DNA of 64,000 bases from Blastocatellia bacterium (lineage in GTDB: Bacteria > Acidobacteriota > Blastocatellia > HR10 > J050). Both the position numbers and the translations under genes were made by a program. Positions 48,136 to 57,899 of this stretch are shown here, piece by piece. The stretch is taken from contig JALSQX010000005.1 of the NCBI GenBank assembly GCA_026985075.1, positions 21,417 to 85,416 on the forward strand. Reading direction: 5' to 3'. Position 1 is the stretch's first letter; the number at the start of each line of letters is the position of its first letter. The notes under the pieces were generated by a model. It had not been told where the DNA came from and made no database searches. It was given only the letters and a program-made list of their open reading frames with translations.

Positions 48136-50577
48136 ATGAGGACGAATAATACTCGCGCTCAACACACATCGTTTCTGCGAGCTCTCCTGATCGTCGGATT
48201 CATAGGATGGATGATTATGATGGCCTGGGGCGCTGTGGACCGGGTCATCGCCCAGGGCCCCAGAACCTATTATGTGGATGCGACGGGCGGTGACGATGCC
48301 CATGATGGGCTCTCGCCAGGGACGGCGTGGCGCACGATGGACAAAGTCAATCATACGCACTTTCGACCGGGCGATCGCATCCTCTTCAAGCGTGGCGAAA
48401 TATGGTACGACACGCTGGAAGTCAATAGTAGCGGGCAGCCCGGCAATCCCATCACGTTCGGTGCTTATGGTGATGGACCACGTCCGGTCATCGATGGCCA
48501 GTTCCGCTTGAGTCGGGCCGTTCAGATTTATGATCAGAGCTTCGTAGTCATCGAATCTCTCGAACTTCGTAATTGCACCGGTAGCGGGCTCTGGACCGGT
48601 GGCCAGATTTCCGATCTGACGTTTCGCGATCTGAATGTCCATCACAACGATTCCAATGGAATCTTTCTGGATCACGCCAACAATGTGATCATCGAAAATT
48701 GCGAGATTCACGATCAATCAGGATTGACCGATCCGTCACTCTTGGGGGCTGGGATCGATGTCTTGGGCGGGACGGGCATCTTGGAGATTCGCTACTGTCA
48801 GATCTACAATAATGCCACCCATGGGATTTATCACGAGACGCCGGGGGCGCACATTCATCACAATACCATCTATGGCAATGGGGTGGGCAATGCGAGCTTC
48901 GCCCAGCATGGCATCTACTCCAATGCGAATAACACCATCGTGGAATACAACGAAATTTTCGACAATTACACCACCGGTATCTCCATGCGCGAGAGCGGGG
49001 GCATTTGTCAATACAACACGTGTTACAATAATGGATTCGCCCAGATCCACTACTCGCAGCCCGATGAACAGGTGGACATTTCCGATACGGAGTTTCGATT
49101 CAACGTGTGTTGGACGACGCGAGATACGAGCTATGGATTTTCCGGCACCAATATGAACGGAGTTCGTTTGTTCAACAATACGTTCTATTGCGATACGCCC
49201 GGATGGACAGCGGCCGTGGAGATCCCTGAGAATTGCCGCAGCGTGACATTGAAGAACAACATCCTGTACGTCACGCATCAATGGGCTGTCAGCCTGTTCG
49301 TGGTGAGCGGTGCTCAGGGCGTTGTGGAGGATTACAACTTATTGCAACGGGAGGATCGCCGTTCCGATGACGCCCACGTCAATTGGCAGGGAGGACTCTA
49401 TACCTTGGCCGAGTATCAACATCTCTCTGGTCAGGGCGCTCATTCCATGGAGGGAGACCCTCGCTTCGTAGATCCACAGTTACGCGATTTCTCGCTTCGG
49501 CCGGACAGCCCGTGCATTGATGCGGGCATCGATGTGGGATTGCCGTATCAGGGGAATGCCCCCGATATTGGGGGCATTGAGTCGGATCTGGCTTCCCCGC
49601 CTGATCCGTCAGAACCCGATCTGGTGATCCAGGCTTTGACGGTGTCACCGTCGGCGGCGTTTCCAGGAGATTCGGTGACCGTCTCGTTCACCGTGGCGAA
49701 TATCGGTGAAGGAACGGCGCCCTCGTCGTGGGTCCGTGTCGTCTTCTCGCCGGACGCCGATGTCACGGCCGATGATGTCTCATTGACCAATTTGGTCATC
49801 GAGGAGTTGCCCAGCCAGGGGTCGCAGAGCTTCACGACGTCGGTCAATATCCCCACCCAAGCGGCTCCGGGCATCGCGTTCATCGGCGTGATCGCCGACG
49901 TGACCGGGAGCGTTCAGGAAGCTGATGAGGGGAATAATACGGCGAGTGCACCGCTCACCATCAACAACGATTCCTCCATCACCGTTGTGACGCCCAATGG
50001 AGGGGAGGTATGGGGGATGGGAGAGGTGGTGACCATCACCTGGGAGTCGGTGGGATTGGGTGATGGGTTGAAGATTGAGTTATCGCGGGATGGGGGGCAG
50101 ACGTATGAGACGTTGTATGCCAACACGGACAACGATGGAGTGCAGGAGTGGTGGGTGAACGGGGAGCCGACCACGGCGGCGGTGATTCGGATATCCAGCA
50201 ATGAGGATCCGTCGGTGGTCGATACCAGCGATGGGGTGTTCAGCATCGTGGAGACCTCGCCGCCACCTCCACCACCCCCCTCGGAGGCCTCCATCACCGT
50301 TGTGACGCCCAATGGAGGGGAGACGTGGCTGATTGGTCACCTGCAGACGATCCGATGGACGTCGACCGGCATCACGGGAAATGTGCGCATCAAGCTCTTG
50401 TATCGTGATGGGCGTCGCTCTCGTATTCTCTTCAGAAGCGTGCCTAATACCGGTTCCGTGCAGTGGATGGTGAAAGGTCCGGCCTCATCACAGTGTCAGA
50501 TCGAAATCATCAGCTTGGAAGATCGGACCGTTCGAGATCGGAGTGATGGATCGTTCACCATTGCCAGATCGCCGTGA
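48136..50577 (+). CDS. Secreted right-handed beta-helix (pectate-lyase-like) protein with two tandem C-terminal repeats of about 95 aa.
   Basis: N-terminal TM/signal. Many NxxxH/G beta-helix rungs. Two tandem C-terminal repeats, ITVVTPNGGE(V/T)W...I(T/R)W(E/T)S. Confidence 0.85.
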   Translation: MRTNNTRAQHTSFLRALLIVGFIGWMIMMAWGAVDRVIAQGPRTYYVDATGGDDAHDGLSPGTAWRTMDKVNHTHFRPGDRILFKRGEIWYDTLEVNSSGQPGNPITFGAYGDGPRPVIDGQFRLSRAVQIYDQSFVVIESLELRNCTGSGLWTGGQISDLTFRDLNVHHNDSNGIFLDHANNVIIENCEIHDQSGLTDPSLLGAGIDVLGGTGILEIRYCQIYNNATHGIYHETPGAHIHHNTIYGNGVGNASFAQHGIYSNANNTIVEYNEIFDNYTTGISMRESGGICQYNTCYNNGFAQIHYSQPDEQVDISDTEFRFNVCWTTRDTSYGFSGTNMNGVRLFNNTFYCDTPGWTAAVEIPENCRSVTLKNNILYVTHQWAVSLFVVSGAQGVVEDYNLLQREDRRSDDAHVNWQGGLYTLAEYQHLSGQGAHSMEGDPRFVDPQLRDFSLRPDSPCIDAGIDVGLPYQGNAPDIGGIESDLASPPDPSEPDLVIQALTVSPSAAFPGDSVTVSFTVANIGEGTAPSSWVRVVFSPDADVTADDVSLTNLVIEELPSQGSQSFTTSVNIPTQAAPGIAFIGVIADVTGSVQEADEGNNTASAPLTINNDSSITVVTPNGGEVWGMGEVVTITWESVGLGDGLKIELSRDGGQTYETLYANTDNDGVQEWWVNGEPTTAAVIRISSNEDPSVVDTSDGVFSIVETSPPPPPPPSEASITVVTPNGGETWLIGHLQTIRWTSTGITGNVRIKLLYRDGRRSRILFRSVPNTGSVQWMVKGPASSQCQIEIISLEDRTVRDRSDGSFTIARSP

Positions 50578-50638
50578 AACGGCATGCTGTAGCGAGATGC
50601 GCTCAAGGGTCGGACCCGATGGTCAGACGCCCAAACGG

Positions 50639-50652
50639 TTTCATTTTTGAAA
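50639..50652. promoter_or_regulatory. Palindromic upstream motif TTTCA-N4-TGAAA, about 138 bp upstream of sigma54 promoter B.
   Basis: Same motif as at 47928. A further TTGAAAC half-site lies at about 50668. Confidence 0.4.
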
Positions 50653-50781
50653 GAGGTTTTACACGATTGAAACTTTGGAGGTGAATCGAAGCTCGGCTGA
50701 GTCGCAGTGGTGAAGCAACAACTCCTACGGGCACAGTGCCTTCGGCGCTAGTGGTCTGGACGTCCTGGAGACTCCACTGTT

Positions 50782-50797
50782 TGGCACAGCGCTTGCG
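50782..50797 (+). promoter_or_regulatory. Sigma54 promoter TGGCAC-N5-TTGC (TTTGGCACAGcgCTTGCGC).
   Basis: Perfect consensus, near-identical to the one at 48055. About 210 nt before the ATG at 51007. Confidence 0.6.
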
Positions 50798-51006
50798 CAG
50801 GGAAGATGGGGGAGTTGTGGAGTGATGAGGGAACGAGCGCGTCTGACAAAAAGAGCGCTGGCCAGCAGGATGCCATGGTCCGGCCGATGCGAGACAGGAT
50901 GGAGCATCCGGTCCGAGCCGATGTCAGTTGACATCTGTTCGCTTGCTCGGTCTCATGGGGTTAAGGTAACATTGCATCCGTCTCCGCCAGAGAGAAGGAG
51001 TCGAGC

Positions 51007-53151
51007 ATGATGGTGACGAAGTCGGAACCTCGCATACTCATCGTGGACGATGAACCATTGGTCCGTCGCACGCTGGCGGAGATCATCCGCAATGGTGGAT
51101 TCTCGGCGACGGCGGTGAGTCGAGGCAAAGAGGCGATTGGCGAGATACAGCGTCAGTTCTATCACCTCGTCCTATTAGATTTGAACCTCCCGGATATGAG
51201 TGGGCTCGATGTGGTGAAGCACATCAAGCACCACTCTCCCAAAACGGAAATCGTCATCATCACCGGATATGCCTCACTGAAGACGGCGATTGAGGCGCTC
51301 GAGCGCGGCGTCATGGCGTACGTGGAGAAGCCCGTTCGCCCCAATCAATTAATCGCCACCATCAACAGCGTTCTGGAGAAGCAGCGGTTGAAGTTCGAAA
51401 ACGAACGCATGCTTCGCCAACTCTCGGCCTTGCTCTATTTCGCTCAGGACATCACTTCCGAACTGGAACTCGACGAATTGCTCCGGCGCATTGTCATCCG
51501 GGCGACGGAATTGACCAATGCCGAGAAGGGGTTCATCGCCCTTCGAGAGGGTGATGTCCTCCAACTTCGCCAGTACTGGGATGGTCGATGCTGGGTTGAT
51601 CTGGAAATGGCGTGGAAGCGCGGCGAAGGGATTCCCGGGCAGGTGTGGGTGACGGAGCATCCATATATGTATACGAAGTCCGATCCAGATCCGCTGGTCA
51701 CCCCATCTGTCCTCTCCGCATTTCAGCTCGAGGCCTGTCTCTGCTCGCCCATTACGGATACGATGGGGCGCTTCATCGGCGTGTTGCAAGTCATCAATAA
51801 GGTGGGTGATGAGCCATTCACGCTCGATGACTTGTCGATGCTCCAAGCGCTCAGTCGTCAGGCGGCCATCGCCATCGAGAATGCCCGGCTCTACGAGCGG
51901 CAAAAAGAAGAGGCCGAGATCTCCACTTCGCTCCTTCGCGTCGCCGAGAGCATCAGTCAATTCACCAACCTGGATGAGCTCCTCGGCATGGCCTCGAAAA
52001 TCGTCCCCGGCCTTCTGGGGTGTGATCAGTTCGGTCTCTTTTTGCTCGATCGGGCGAAGAACATATTTTATGGGGCCAAGGCCCGCGGTTCATCGGCCGA
52101 GCAAGAAGCGGCGTTCTGTGCCTTGAAATTCAGGCGAGGGAAGGCCGGGATTTTGGACGAAGTCACCGAGCGACGGGAAGCCATGGTGTTGGAGGATGTC
52201 GCTCGAGAGCAGGCGATCGATCCCTCCTATGTGCGCCAGTTGAACCTGCGTTCGTGCCTGCTGGTCCCTCTCATCGCCAAGGGAGACGTCGTCGGCGTGA
52301 TGGGCGTAGGGTATTCGATGGGTCCTCATCGATTCACCGCTCGCGACATCAAGATTGCCACCGGAGTCGCTCATCAATTGGCTGTGGCCATTGAGAATGC
52401 CAATCTATTCGCCGAAGTCTCGTCGCATAAAGCGGCGCTTCAGCGTCTCTCCATGCGGTTGGCCAATGTCCTAGAGGAAGAGCGCGCGCGGATATCGCGG
52501 GAACTGCATGACGGGGTGGGGCAAGTACTCTCCGGCATGCTCATTGGCATGGACGTCTTGGAGGAGAAGGTCCCCCCGTCGCTTGGCGAAATCAAAGAAG
52601 GATTGAAGCAGATGAAGATGTTAACGGAGAAGACGCTCGACGAACTGCGGCGACTCTCTCACGATTTGCGGCCGTCGCTCCTTGATGATCTGGGACTCCT
52701 CGACGCGCTCCAGTGGTTGGGAGACTATCTGGCCGAACGATGCGGATGGACGGTGAACCTGATCGTCGACGAGGACTTTCCTCGATTGCCGACGGAGATC
52801 GAGACGGCCCTGTTCCGCATCAGCCAGGAGGCGCTGAATAATATCCGCGCCCACGCCAATGCTTCCACGGTGACGCTTCGCCTCCATCGCCAGGACGATA
52901 TCATTCAACTGGAAATCAGCGATGACGGTCGCGGGTTCGATCCCGCCGCGCTGGATGGCGCGCATCGGGGGTTGGGGTTGCTCTCGATGCGAGAGCGCGC
53001 CACCGCATTGGGAGGAGAGGCGTTCATCGAATCAGAGGTCGGGAAGGGGACGACAATCAAGATCATCGTCCCATGGCCGAATTCTCCTCGGCCTCCCGCA
53101 CCCGTCTCCGTCGAGGAGACTCCCTATGTGGCCGAAAAGCAGGGATCGTGA
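51007..53151 (+). CDS. Hybrid sensor histidine kinase: REC, GAF, GAF, HisKA_3, HATPase_c.
   Basis: N-terminal receiver (LVLLDLNLPDMSG). H-box ISRELHDGVGQ. GLGLLSMRERA ATPase motifs. AAGGAG SD. Confidence 0.9.
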   Translation: MMVTKSEPRILIVDDEPLVRRTLAEIIRNGGFSATAVSRGKEAIGEIQRQFYHLVLLDLNLPDMSGLDVVKHIKHHSPKTEIVIITGYASLKTAIEALERGVMAYVEKPVRPNQLIATINSVLEKQRLKFENERMLRQLSALLYFAQDITSELELDELLRRIVIRATELTNAEKGFIALREGDVLQLRQYWDGRCWVDLEMAWKRGEGIPGQVWVTEHPYMYTKSDPDPLVTPSVLSAFQLEACLCSPITDTMGRFIGVLQVINKVGDEPFTLDDLSMLQALSRQAAIAIENARLYERQKEEAEISTSLLRVAESISQFTNLDELLGMASKIVPGLLGCDQFGLFLLDRAKNIFYGAKARGSSAEQEAAFCALKFRRGKAGILDEVTERREAMVLEDVAREQAIDPSYVRQLNLRSCLLVPLIAKGDVVGVMGVGYSMGPHRFTARDIKIATGVAHQLAVAIENANLFAEVSSHKAALQRLSMRLANVLEEERARISRELHDGVGQVLSGMLIGMDVLEEKVPPSLGEIKEGLKQMKMLTEKTLDELRRLSHDLRPSLLDDLGLLDALQWLGDYLAERCGWTVNLIVDEDFPRLPTEIETALFRISQEALNNIRAHANASTVTLRLHRQDDIIQLEISDDGRGFDPAALDGAHRGLGLLSMRERATALGGEAFIESEVGKGTTIKIIVPWPNSPRPPAPVSVEETPYVAEKQGS

Positions 53152-53222
53152 GGATGCAGTCAAGAAGCCTGACCGGGTGGCGACGGTTGGGTGGAGGATC
53201 AGAACCGTTCGAGGAGTGATCC

Positions 53223-53903
53223 ATGAGTGCGACCATTGGACGAGATACGGTGAGAATCTTGCTGGCTGACGATCACATCATTGTCTGTGATGCCTTGGCC
53301 AGTTTGCTGGAGGCGGATCCTCGATTCAAGGTCGTCGGCCAGGCTCACAGTGGTCTGGAAGCGCTGGAGAAGATCGAACAACTGCGGCCGGACATCATCG
53401 TCGTTGATATTGGCATGCCCGGGCTGAATGGCATCGAGGTGATCAAGCGGGTGAAAAAGAAAGACGCGCATATTAAGGCCATCGTCCTGTCCATGCACAA
53501 GGATGAAGCCTACATATACTGGGCACTCCGCGCCGGGGCTTCCGGATATGTTCTCAAGCAAAGTGCGGCCCGCGAACTGGTCGATGCGATCTCCCAGGTT
53601 CGACTGGGCAACACCTACTTGAGCCCTTCCATTTCTAACACGGTGATCAAAGGCTATCTGAGGCGACCTCAGGCGGCCGATGCAGCCCCTGATCCCTTGA
53701 CGTTGCTGACCGACCGCGAACGAGAGATTCTCCAACTGGTCGCCGAAGGACTGACCAGTAAGGAGATCGCCCAGAAACTCAATCTGAGCACCCGCACCAT
53801 TGATGCTCACCGGGCCAATATCATGAACAAGTTGAATATCCACACTACTCCCGGGTTGGTGAAATTCGCCATTCGGCACCGATTGACCACGCTGGACGAT
53901 TGA
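53223..53903 (+). CDS. NarL/FixJ-family response regulator (REC plus LuxR HTH).
   Basis: ILLADDH...IIVVDIGMPGLNG. LTDREREILQLVAEGLTSKEIA. Confidence 0.9.
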   Translation: MSATIGRDTVRILLADDHIIVCDALASLLEADPRFKVVGQAHSGLEALEKIEQLRPDIIVVDIGMPGLNGIEVIKRVKKKDAHIKAIVLSMHKDEAYIYWALRAGASGYVLKQSAARELVDAISQVRLGNTYLSPSISNTVIKGYLRRPQAADAAPDPLTLLTDREREILQLVAEGLTSKEIAQKLNLSTRTIDAHRANIMNKLNIHTTPGLVKFAIRHRLTTLDD

Positions 53904-54252
53904 GAGGGAAGTCTCCCATACGCGCCGGGTGAAGCTCGGGCGGGGCTGTGTACGGGAGCGGGGAGTCCTCTTCACTCCATCAACTTTGAAAGAGCGCCAT
54001 ATTGATTCCTCCTGGCGAAGCTCGGGGAATCTCCTCGCCGGTGTCCCCCGGGTTCTGCCCGAGGGGCAAGGGAATTGTGGGTGTCTCTCAAGCGCGAACA
54101 GAGAATGTCTGCGTCCGCGTCTCCTGGATTCAGCTCGTCGGCCTTCACTTCGGTCGGTCTCTCGATGGTTCTTTTGGGGGCCTGCGAGAGCCGCTCGTCA
54201 GATGCGGTTCGCCGTCGCCGGCCGAGACGAATCGCTCCGGTGAGAGTCCCCT

Positions 54253-55683
54253 TCAGGCGAGTTTCGCCGCACGGTGAGCGCTCGCCCTTCGAGGCCGGAA
54301 TTGATCGGGGTTGATATGATACCGCTTCATTTTCTGATAGAGATGCCCTTCGAACATTCCCGTGGCTCGAGCCGTCTGCGCCACGTTGCCACGGTGCAGG
54401 GACAAGTGGTGAAGAATGTATTGGCGCTCGAAATCGCCAAGAAATCGCTCCTTGGCAACCTTGAAGGGCGCGTTGAAATCTGGTGTCGAGGGGAAAGCCT
54501 CTCGCATGAGTTGCCGGGATGGGTGGAGTTCGTCAGGCAGGTGCTCGGGGCACACTTCGCCGTCATCGCACATGATGACGGCTCGCTCGATCGCGTTCTG
54601 CAGTTCTCTGACATTGCCCGGCCAGTCGTGTCGTTCCAGAAGCTGAAGAGCTTCTGGGGAGAGCCGAGGGGCTGGCCGGTTCAGTCGCTGTGAACATTTC
54701 TGGAGGAAAAAGTGGACCAGAGCAGGGATATCATCTTTTCGCTCCCGGAGGGGCGGCAGATGGAGGTGGACGACATTCAGTCGGTAATACAAATCGGCGC
54801 GAAATCGCCCCGCGCGCACGGCATCGGAGAGATTTTGATTGGTGGCGGCCAGCACGCGGACATCGGTGTGGTAGACGCGCGTGTCTCCCACGCGGTTGTA
54901 TTCTCCTTGTTGGAGCACGCGCAACAGCTTCAGTTGGAAGGTGGGACTGACGTCTCCAATCTCGTCCAGGAAGATCGTCCCTCCATTGGCGATCTCGAAG
55001 AAGCCGGGCTTGGCCTGATCAGCCCCCGTGAATGCGCCACGGGCGTGGCCAAACAACTCTGACTCCAGCAACGTCTCGGACAGAGCGGCACAGTTGACGA
55101 CGACAAACGGGCGACTGGCGCGCCGACTCAGTCGATGAATCTCTTGTGCCAGCAGCTCCTTTCCCGTGCCCGTCTCTCCTGTGATGAGGATAGTCGTATC
55201 GGTTCGAGCCGCTTTGGCGGCCATGGTGAGAATCGACTGGAAAGCGGGGTTCTGCGTGATGATCGTCGGCATGGAGGGACTCTGGCGCCAGGAGAGCGGA
55301 GGGGATGAGGGAGGCAAGCGCTCGCTCAGCGCGCGGTCCAGACAGCGTATGAGCTCATGCTCCGCAAACGGTTTGATGATCAGTTGAGAGGCCCCATGTT
55401 CGATGACTTCGCTGAGCACTTTCACCGGCGTCTCCTCGGCGGCAATCACCAAGGCGCTCATCCGCAGTAGCTCGCGCACAATCCGGTTCGCGCAGTCGTG
55501 ATTCGAGATACCCCGAGGCCCAATCTCGGTGATCGTGGTAATGATGGGATGACGTTGAATCTGTTCCATCGCGCTCGTCGCCGTCTCGGCGATGAGAACG
55601 CGATACCCGCGGTGGGTCAAGGTCCTGAATAATAGGTTTTGGATCTCTCGATCTTGAGTGACTAGCAGAATCGTCCCACTCAT
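54253..55683 (-). CDS. Sigma54-dependent response regulator (NtrC family, possibly PrsR-like).
   Basis: REC domain. AAA+ domain with GETGTGKE, GAFTGA and ESELFGH. C-terminal Fis HTH. Confidence 0.9.
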   Translation of the reverse strand: MSGTILLVTQDREIQNLLFRTLTHRGYRVLIAETATSAMEQIQRHPIITTITEIGPRGISNHDCANRIVRELLRMSALVIAAEETPVKVLSEVIEHGASQLIIKPFAEHELIRCLDRALSERLPPSSPPLSWRQSPSMPTIITQNPAFQSILTMAAKAARTDTTILITGETGTGKELLAQEIHRLSRRASRPFVVVNCAALSETLLESELFGHARGAFTGADQAKPGFFEIANGGTIFLDEIGDVSPTFQLKLLRVLQQGEYNRVGDTRVYHTDVRVLAATNQNLSDAVRAGRFRADLYYRLNVVHLHLPPLRERKDDIPALVHFFLQKCSQRLNRPAPRLSPEALQLLERHDWPGNVRELQNAIERAVIMCDDGEVCPEHLPDELHPSRQLMREAFPSTPDFNAPFKVAKERFLGDFERQYILHHLSLHRGNVAQTARATGMFEGHLYQKMKRYHINPDQFRPRRASAHRAAKLA

Positions 55684-55984
55684 CGACCCTCCCTCTCTTG
55701 ATGAAGAAAGGCAAGTTGCTTCGGGATGACCCCGGAAGCCCCTTGCCTGAGTTTACCGCCCAGCTCGTGGAGGCGAGCTGGGCCAAGCCCTGTCTTTCTT
55801 GTTCTTATCTCTGCTCAACCCTGCGTTCATGAGTGTCTCTAGTTTCTCTCCCGAATGCGCCACAGATGATATTGTCTCACAGATGGCGATAAACACAATT
55901 GGTGAGATCACCTAACCGAGTGAGTATTTTTACTGAATACGGAATGAGGAAATTACCTACAGACGCCCTCTCCTCTCATCTCGT

Positions 55985-56007
55985 AGAGGAACGTCCTCTC
56001 TTTTTTT
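55985..56007 (+). terminator. Orphan intrinsic terminator: AGAGGA-acg-TCCTCT, then C and T7.
   Basis: Hairpin plus U-tract on the plus strand. No plus-strand CDS lies upstream within 2 kb. Confidence 0.45.
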
Positions 56008-56191
56008 GCAGTGATGCTAACTGACGATTTGCGGGTGAATTAAGCTCGCGCCGGCCACATCATCGAGGCTGGCGATCCTCTAAAAAAGTGGAGGATTCCG
56101 AATCCCGCTGACTCCCGCGAATGACCCCTTATTCCAGGCAACCTTATCGAAACACGAGGCTTACGTGTGCCGCCCAGATACCTCATGAGAG

Positions 56192-56207
56192 CCGGCATGC
56201 CGCTTGC
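56192..56207 (+). promoter_or_regulatory. Sigma54-like promoter cGGCAT-N5-TTGCA.
   Basis: GG-N10-GC spacing with an extended match, about 135 nt upstream of the zinc-ribbon ORF. Confidence 0.35.
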
Positions 56208-56338
56208 AATGGCCTTCCCGTGCGGAAACGCAACCGCGATTGCGGAGATTCAAACGAAGGTCCCACCGAGCGTCTCTGCATGCTCGGTGGGGCTCAACTC
56301 GGCAAGGACTCAGACACGCTTCTGTGGAGAGCGAGATT

Positions 56339-56587
56339 ATGAAACAGATATTTGAGTCACTCACTGCATCAGGATGGATGAGTGCGACAGAGACATACTA
56401 CACGTGCCCACGCTGTGATTATTTCTCGAACGCTAGACTCCAGGAGAACTATTGCTCGAACTGTGGGGCCCGGTTGCTGACCGAGTGCTCCCGCTGCCGA
56501 GGAGCGATCTCGAATCCTTATGCCAAGTTCTGCTCAAGCTGTGGGGGCCGACTCAAAGAGGCCGCCGCGATCACGGAACAGCGTTAG
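56339..56587 (+). CDS. 82-aa double zinc-ribbon protein.
   Basis: CPRCDY...CSNCGA and CSRCRG...CSSCGG. GGAGAG SD. Confidence 0.55.
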   Translation: MKQIFESLTASGWMSATETYYTCPRCDYFSNARLQENYCSNCGARLLTECSRCRGAISNPYAKFCSSCGGRLKEAAAITEQR

Positions 56588-57158
56588 GCCCGTCGATTGC
56601 GTGAGTTCGACGGAAACGGAATGGGAGAGCGATGCCGAGCAGTGATCGCAAATGGGTGTGCCAGTGGGTAGAGGATGAACGGAAGAGAGCGATGAGACGA
56701 GAACCACTCATGGACACCACGAATCGTTGGCCCAGGCGCTGCGGGTGGACGTCGCCATCCGGGAGGGATTCCGTGAACGCGAATGGGCGGTTCCTCAGCA
56801 GGTCTGGGTTGGAGGCGAGGGAGTGGCTTGTGGATCGTCTCTGGGAGCATGTCGACGGTTCATTCTCCAGGCGCTCTCGCGCTCGAGCGATGGAACGGGG
56901 AGCGTACATCCCCGCCCGCGTCGTGCGGGGAGAAGATCCGGTTCGGCGACGGTGGCTACGCCCACAACCGTCCATCCTCGATATTCTCGCCGGTCGGCCA
57001 ACGAATGTGGTTGGCGGGCGATCGGCCCTAGCGGGCGATTGTGGGGAGCGGGTTGAGCGACCGTTTGTGACGTGCCCGTGAGCGGTGGACGGTCGCACTG
57101 AGAGGCGGAGCCGGAAGGCGACGCCGCTCATTCACCATGACGGTGGAGGAACAGCATC

Positions 57159-57893
57159 ATGCGACGAAAAACGGTTGAAAAACCGGGACGGCGGCAGCCT
57201 GCCCGATTCGGGATTCTCGTTCTGTTGTGGCTTACATGCGGCCTGGTCGGATGGGCTCAAGATGCGCCTCAACCCCGGGAGGGAATTCCCGCCGCCAGCG
57301 CTCCCGAGCTCGTTCATCCTGCCGGATATCGATTGCATCTCGGCGACAAGATCGAGATCCGATTCTTTTACCAACCGGAATTGAACCAGGAAACAATCAT
57401 CAAGCCCGATGGGAGGATCTCTCTGCAATTGATCGGCGAAGTGAACGCTGTTGGACTGACCACCGGTGAGCTGGAACGGCGATTGACCGAACTCTATGCC
57501 GATATCCTCGTGGATCCGGTGATCTCTGTGATTCTCAAGGAGTACGTGAAACCGCGCGTGTTCATCAGTGGTGAAGTGACCAGGCCCGGTCCCTATGAGT
57601 TGCGCCAGGGAGAGACATTAGCTCAGGCCCTGGCCCTGGCCGGTGGATTCACTCCTCGGGCGCACCGTAAGGTGGTCATTCATGCTCGACCCATGGGCGA
57701 GGGGCAATTGCGGGTGACGGTCATCGATGCCACCAAGCTCTTCGGGCGCCATCCCGACCCCGAATTGAATCTCGCCTTGAAGGATGGCGATCTCATCTAC
57801 GTGCCGGAATCCAAGCTGAGCCGATTGAGCAAGATCCTCAGCGCCCTGCGCATTCAAACATTCGGGCTGTTCACCGATCCCTTCCGAAGGTGA
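57159..57893 (+). CDS. Polysaccharide export protein (Wza / Poly_export plus SLBB type).
   Basis: Signal peptide. LGDKIEIRFFYQPELNQETIIKPDGRISL matches the Poly_export pattern. Confidence 0.85.
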   Translation: MRRKTVEKPGRRQPARFGILVLLWLTCGLVGWAQDAPQPREGIPAASAPELVHPAGYRLHLGDKIEIRFFYQPELNQETIIKPDGRISLQLIGEVNAVGLTTGELERRLTELYADILVDPVISVILKEYVKPRVFISGEVTRPGPYELRQGETLAQALALAGGFTPRAHRKVVIHARPMGEGQLRVTVIDATKLFGRHPDPELNLALKDGDLIYVPESKLSRLSKILSALRIQTFGLFTDPFRR

Positions 57894-57899
57894 ACCGTC

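Noticed and set aside
57020-57040. Weak sigma54-like element (TGGCCC-N5-CTGCG) upstream of the Wza-like gene.
   Set aside because: Only the GG/GC dinucleotides match. This is expected by chance in GC-rich sequence.
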